Shown here: one piece after another, positions 61,037 through 64,000 of the stretch
Layout of the letters: each line of letters begins with the position of its first letter
Position numbering within the stretch: position 1 is the first letter of the stretch
Assembly: GCA_008632985.1 (NCBI GenBank)
Contig: QPGO01000045.1
Location: 124,001-188,000 of the forward strand
Length of the DNA stretch: 64,000 nucleotides
Origin: Psammoneis japonica
Lineage: Eukaryota
Direction: 5' to 3'
Notes under the pieces: generated by a model
What the model saw: the letters and a program-made list of their open reading frames with translations, nothing else
Database searches by the model: none
What the model was told of the DNA's origin: nothing
Translations under genes and position numbers: made by a program

Positions 61037-63521
61037 CGATCATTCCAACAAGATGTTCGACAGGGGAGGATTGCCGAGTGTTGTGTGCGGATGCAGTTGT
61101 GACGAGTTTTCGTGTTGAATTCTTTGTTCAATTCGGGCTCTCTTTTTCTGAAAAAAAAGGCCTTTGCTGTCGAGATCAGAGGGCAACCATCTTCACACTT
61201 TTGAATGAGAGTTTGATTGATTGCATTGTGTCTTGAATTCAAGCTCGCATTGGATGCACATTTGGTTCGAGCTGATTCCGAAACATGTCATTGTTTCCGA
61301 ACAGAGCATGTGAACGAGAACAAGAGATTCACGCGGCACTCAAACTCAAATTCACACCGGCATGAAGGTGGTGCCTTCTTTTTCGAAAGCAGAGGGGTGG
61401 CTGTTAAATGATCGAGAAAGGAAAGTTGAAGTCAAGGAAACCACTCAACACAAGAAACTCTTGCTCCCTCTGCAGGAGACGCTTTGCCATTCTAATTCAG
61501 TTGGGCAATCTATTTTGGTTTCATTCAATCAAGATGAGTGGAGTCTTGTACAATGAAAAGACCAAACAAACAAGAAAATTTAATTGACACTTCTCTATCT
61601 TGTCGCAAACTAGACAAAAAGCACTGTGCGTCGTTCGTGTCACAGCCTGCACTCGCAATCAATCAATCCAAGGCTGAGGACGTCACTGTTGGCGGACCAG
61701 TGTGGCAACCTTTAGACTGGCTAAAACTTGTCTCTTGTTCAGCACAGATTGACAGTGGCCACACTCTCCCACTGGTCATCAAGAACAAATGCCAACGAAC
61801 CATGCAGTGTCTCTGGTTGCAGTCAGGCCAAGTGGATCCATTCCACCTGCACATCCCCTTAGATTGAAACCACAAGAGAGTGAACGCCTCAATGCTCGAA
61901 ACATTTTGTGTGGAAGCTGGAAAGAACACAGCTTGATTGTGAAACTCGAGGCACCAAGAGAGACATTTTCAATGCACTTTGCACGAATCGCCTTGGAGGC
62001 GAGAATTGCAGCAGTTTCTGGTTGATCCAGCACCCAGCGAGCAAGGTCGTGGGTCTTTTCTGTCACTGATTTGGCCTGCTTCATGTCTTCCCTTTTGCTG
62101 CGGCAGGCCAACAGGGCGAAGATCCTTGAAAAGATGTCGCCAAGCATGCCTCCTCCGCCTTCTGTTTTGATGCTTCCTGGAATGAGTGTGCACGGCAAAT
62201 GGACTTGCTTTTGTTCTGCATTGAACATGTCCGCCATGAGGAGACGTCTCTTTCCAGAGTGCATTGGAGGGCTTCGCCCACTGATGCAGAAACGTACGAA
62301 TGCCAAGAGGGCAAAGGGCTCTCCCAACCAACGATGACCGTGCTGGCCTTCCAATCGAAAAAGAAATCATCTCCTTCCTCTACGTTGTCGTCATGCTTCA
62401 TGGCAAGTGAAAAGGCCAAGTGAATCAGATTCGAATGTCGTCGCTGAGCCACCGTGTGGAACAGCAGTTCACCACACCAACGATCCGTCAACCAATTAAA
62501 GTTAGAGATGTCGAAAGACATCAGAACTTTCTCTCGCGTTCCCATGCCAAGAGGCGCTTCGGGTCCCGCCAACTTGAGCGCTTCCTCCTTCGACTGTCAA
62601 CTTCTCCTTCAATCTCCTCCACACTTTTCCCAGACACAATGAGTCGCCCAATCCCCCCCTTGACATGATTCATTGTGACTTTCGCACTTCCCTGACACGA
62701 TCAAGGCGAGCTAGAAGTGGAGCGAAAACGCACACCTTCCCCAGCTCCTCGGTAACAGGTCGAAGAGTAAACCCAGCCAGCCAAAGGAAGGAGCCCCGGT
62801 CTGCTTCTGTTGCATGTAAATCAAACCTGCTTCGACCACATTCACTACAAAATGCTTCCAAGGTTGAAAACGCAGTGACAACATCGACCCGATCACACTC
62901 AATGACGGCAAACATCTTGTCGCGGATCCAACCGATCAGTGCGGTTTCCATGATTTTTTTGGCATTGCGAAGATGCCACTTGCCACAGTAGTTTGCAGGA
63001 TCCACCGAAAACAACGATGGCGGAGCCTTCCAATAACGCATCCCGAGCCGACGGATGTGTCAAGTAAATAAAAATGCACGCTTCTTTCCGGAAATAATTT
63101 CAAAGGCCTCCACATCAATTTCCTCCGTACAGCATCCGACATTCACCCAAGATCCAGAGACATACGTGAGTTATGTCCTCGATGAAACACAACAACTCGG
63201 CGAGATGGATCCTCGCAGTGCGGGGTACTGTTCGACAATGGCTCTGACAGAAAGATCAACCTGCATAGCACCATCCGCGGCCAAAAAGTCCATGAGAGCA
63301 AAAACAACCGACTTGGCAAAACTGGGGAATCGCACAGCGCATCATTCTCTAGTAGCTACAATCCAAGCATCATGCTTCTACAAGTGCTATTCTCTTTTAG
63401 AAAGTCTCTCTCACGCTAAAATTCATACGAAGACTGCAGTTGGAGCGAGTTCTTACCATCAAGAGAGTGCGCTGATGTGTAGTCAAAACGTTTCACACGG
63501 GATTAGTTAGACTTGTAAGTG

Positions 63522-64000
63522 TTAGCTGCGCGCCCCACGTTCTCGTCCTGAACCAAAATCTAGGGATTTGTAGATAAACTTCAGCCATCCAGGCTGTTTG
63601 CTGCTCTCGCCACCGTCGTCGTCATCATCGTTGTCAACCAAAAATGCGTACCCATAGGCAGCTGCCACCACAACAAGGTTGGCTATTTTCGCAAAAGTAA
63701 AAATTTGAGTGAGATTTCACAAAGAGTGAGGTGAGCCACGCATGAAAAAAAATAAAACCTTACCTCCCCAGATCAAAGCCGTGTCTTTTGTGGCGATCGG
63801 CGCAAGAATTGAAATGAGCGGAGTTCCCAAAAAAGCAATGTCAAGTGCTGCTTTCTCGGCACCAGATGGTCGTCTGGATCGCAGTGATGGCACAATGAAC
63901 AGCCACCACCACCAGAATCCAAGAACTCGTATCGATTGGTCCCTATTGATCACAGTCAAGTTATGATATAGTGAGAACCGAAACGACTTACTGAATATGC
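63522..64000 (-). CDS. RPH1-like plastid membrane protein, 3' part (runs off the window)
   Basis: WWLFIVPSLRSRR..AEKAALDIAFL.TPLI resembles plant RPH1; intron 63763-63683; last exon 63682-63522 ends GSGRERGARS-TAA. Confidence 0.72.

Noticed and set aside
41300..63000. Hundreds of overlapping Cys/His/Met/Trp-rich ORFs in all six frames
   Set aside because: Explained by loss of TAA/TAG and TG/CA enrichment; most have no recognisable motifs and are not called as genes.
1..64000. rRNA or tRNA genes, and an encoded mutator enzyme
   Set aside because: No recognisable rRNA or cloverleaf tRNA, and no deaminase, methyltransferase or Y-family polymerase motif was seen; the responsible enzyme is not evident in this window.

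Overview
Eukaryotic nuclear DNA, most likely from a pennate diatom. The evidence is ASAFAP-type plastid presequences, short GT-AG introns, diatom-type LRR and RVxF protein families, and CoDi-like Copia elements. The window alternates between two compartments. (1) Gene islands of normal composition (~5.6-11.5 kb, ~25.1-41.0 kb, >63.0 kb) hold a plastid-targeted HNH nuclease, a Cys/Tyr-rich membrane protein, LSM4, a PsbQ-like lumen protein, RPL37A, two RVxF paralogues, a TMEM184-family gene, VPS32/SNF7, three HPAT/SRGT1-like glycosyltransferases and an RPH1-like gene. (2) Transposon-rich blocks (~1-5.6 kb, ~11.6-25.1 kb, ~41.0-63.0 kb) hold a full-length Copia inserted in an LRR gene, a second Copia gag, two LINEs, Helitron/Plavaka-like relics and three MITE families. 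The main finding is that the TE blocks are almost stripped of TpA. Comparisons inside the window (intact vs decayed MITE, LTR vs LTR, gene vs duplicated fragment, conserved Tyr changed to Cys/His) show directional TpA->TpG/CpA transitions on both strands, outpacing CpG decay. They spread into neighbouring host genes and spare recent insertions. This looks like a repeat-targeted hypermutation system with the opposite polarity to fungal RIP. A base-modification-driven basecalling artefact must still be excluded. All counts are hand counts, and family assignments come from recalled motifs, not database searches.
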